From the NCBI GenBank assembly GCA_040752415.1, contig JBFMGU010000240.1, positions 1 to 16,353 of the forward strand: a stretch of 16,353 bases of DNA, written 5' to 3'. This stretch comes from Myxococcota bacterium (lineage in GTDB: Bacteria; Myxococcota; JACRCW01). Position numbers and translations under genes: made by a program. This document shows positions 15,978-16,353 of the stretch, one piece after another. How positions within the stretch are numbered: the first letter of the stretch is position 1; each line of letters opens with the position of its first letter. The notes beneath the pieces are model-generated. The model saw only the letters and a list, made by a program, of their open reading frames with translations, was not told where the DNA came from and ran no database searches.

Positions 15978-16353
15978 GCGAGGAGCCGGTTCCACGGTGG
16001 TACGCGCTGGCCGTCCACGCGCGGCAGGAGAAGGCCGCCGCCGCGGAGCTGGAGGGGCGCGGGTTCCAGGTGCTGTTGCCGCTCAAGCGCGAGCGCCGCC
16101 TGTGGAGCGACCGCGTGCAGACGGTGGAGCTGGCGCTCTTCCCGGGATACCTGTTCGTGCACACCGGGCTGAGCGCGGCGCGTCGGGTGGACATGCTGAA
16201 GGTGCGCCAGACCTATGACCTGGTGGGGCGCCTGCCGGGGGATGAGCGCATTGCCACGCCGGTTGGCGACGAGGAGATTGCCAGCATCCAGACGCTCCTG
16301 CGCGCCGAGCGCGAGATGGACCCGGTGGAGCGCCTGGTGCGCGGCACGCGCGT
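15974..16353 (+). CDS. NusG-paralogue transcription antiterminator (UpxY/TaA/LoaP/RfaH-like), partial, runs off the window; absent from the supplied ORF track
   Basis: The TTG at 15974 overlaps the rmlA stop (TTGA), with GAGG at 15963-15966. Manual translation: MSEEPVPRWYALAVHARQEKAAAAELEGRGFQVLLPLKRERRLWSDRVQTVELALFPGYLFVH...PVGDEEIASIQTLL...LVRGTR. This matches an NGN domain (WY...EK...LFPGYLFV) with the WSDR motif typical of UpxY-like proteins. The KOW domain would begin at the window edge. Confidence 0.9.
   Translation, partial: MSEEPVPRWYALAVHARQEKAAAAELEGRGFQVLLPLKRERRLWSDRVQTVELALFPGYLFVHTGLSAARRVDMLKVRQTYDLVGRLPGDERIATPVGDEEIASIQTLLRAEREMDPVERLVRGTR

Noticed and set aside
14313..15995. 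560-aa minus-strand ORF
   Set aside because: It is antisense to the wzc kinase domain and rmlA, both of which are unambiguous.
15910..16218. 102-aa + strand ORF listed in the track after rmlA
   Set aside because: Wrong frame, with an Arg/Ala/Gly-rich translation. The frame starting at TTG 15974 gives a clear NusG-family domain.

Overview
A high-GC window, most likely from Myxococcota, with all real genes on the + strand. It begins with the tail of an upstream ORF (probably a gltE-like gene), then a gltF/cglF-like small secreted protein and a gltG/pglI-like TonB/TolA-type energy transducer, which form a paralogous Glt/Nfs-type envelope module. Next come an uncharacterised coiled-coil protein, a stand-alone cyclic-nucleotide-binding protein, and a 2287-aa exported protein with 8 FG-GAP-like propeller repeats followed by about 19 cadherin/Ig-like DxDGD repeats. 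A polysaccharide export module follows: an outer-membrane beta-barrel (Wzp/EpsX/ExoB-like), a short Wza/OPX lipoprotein without the outer-membrane helix, and a Wzc with a fused tyrosine kinase. The window ends with rmlA and a UpxY/TaA-like NusG-paralogue antiterminator, which is cut off by the window edge and missing from the ORF track. The most interesting signal is that a proton-motive-force-coupled Glt-like module, a cNMP sensor, a giant repeat protein and a glycan secretion channel lie in one co-directional run. All family calls come from recognising motifs by eye; no database searches were run.
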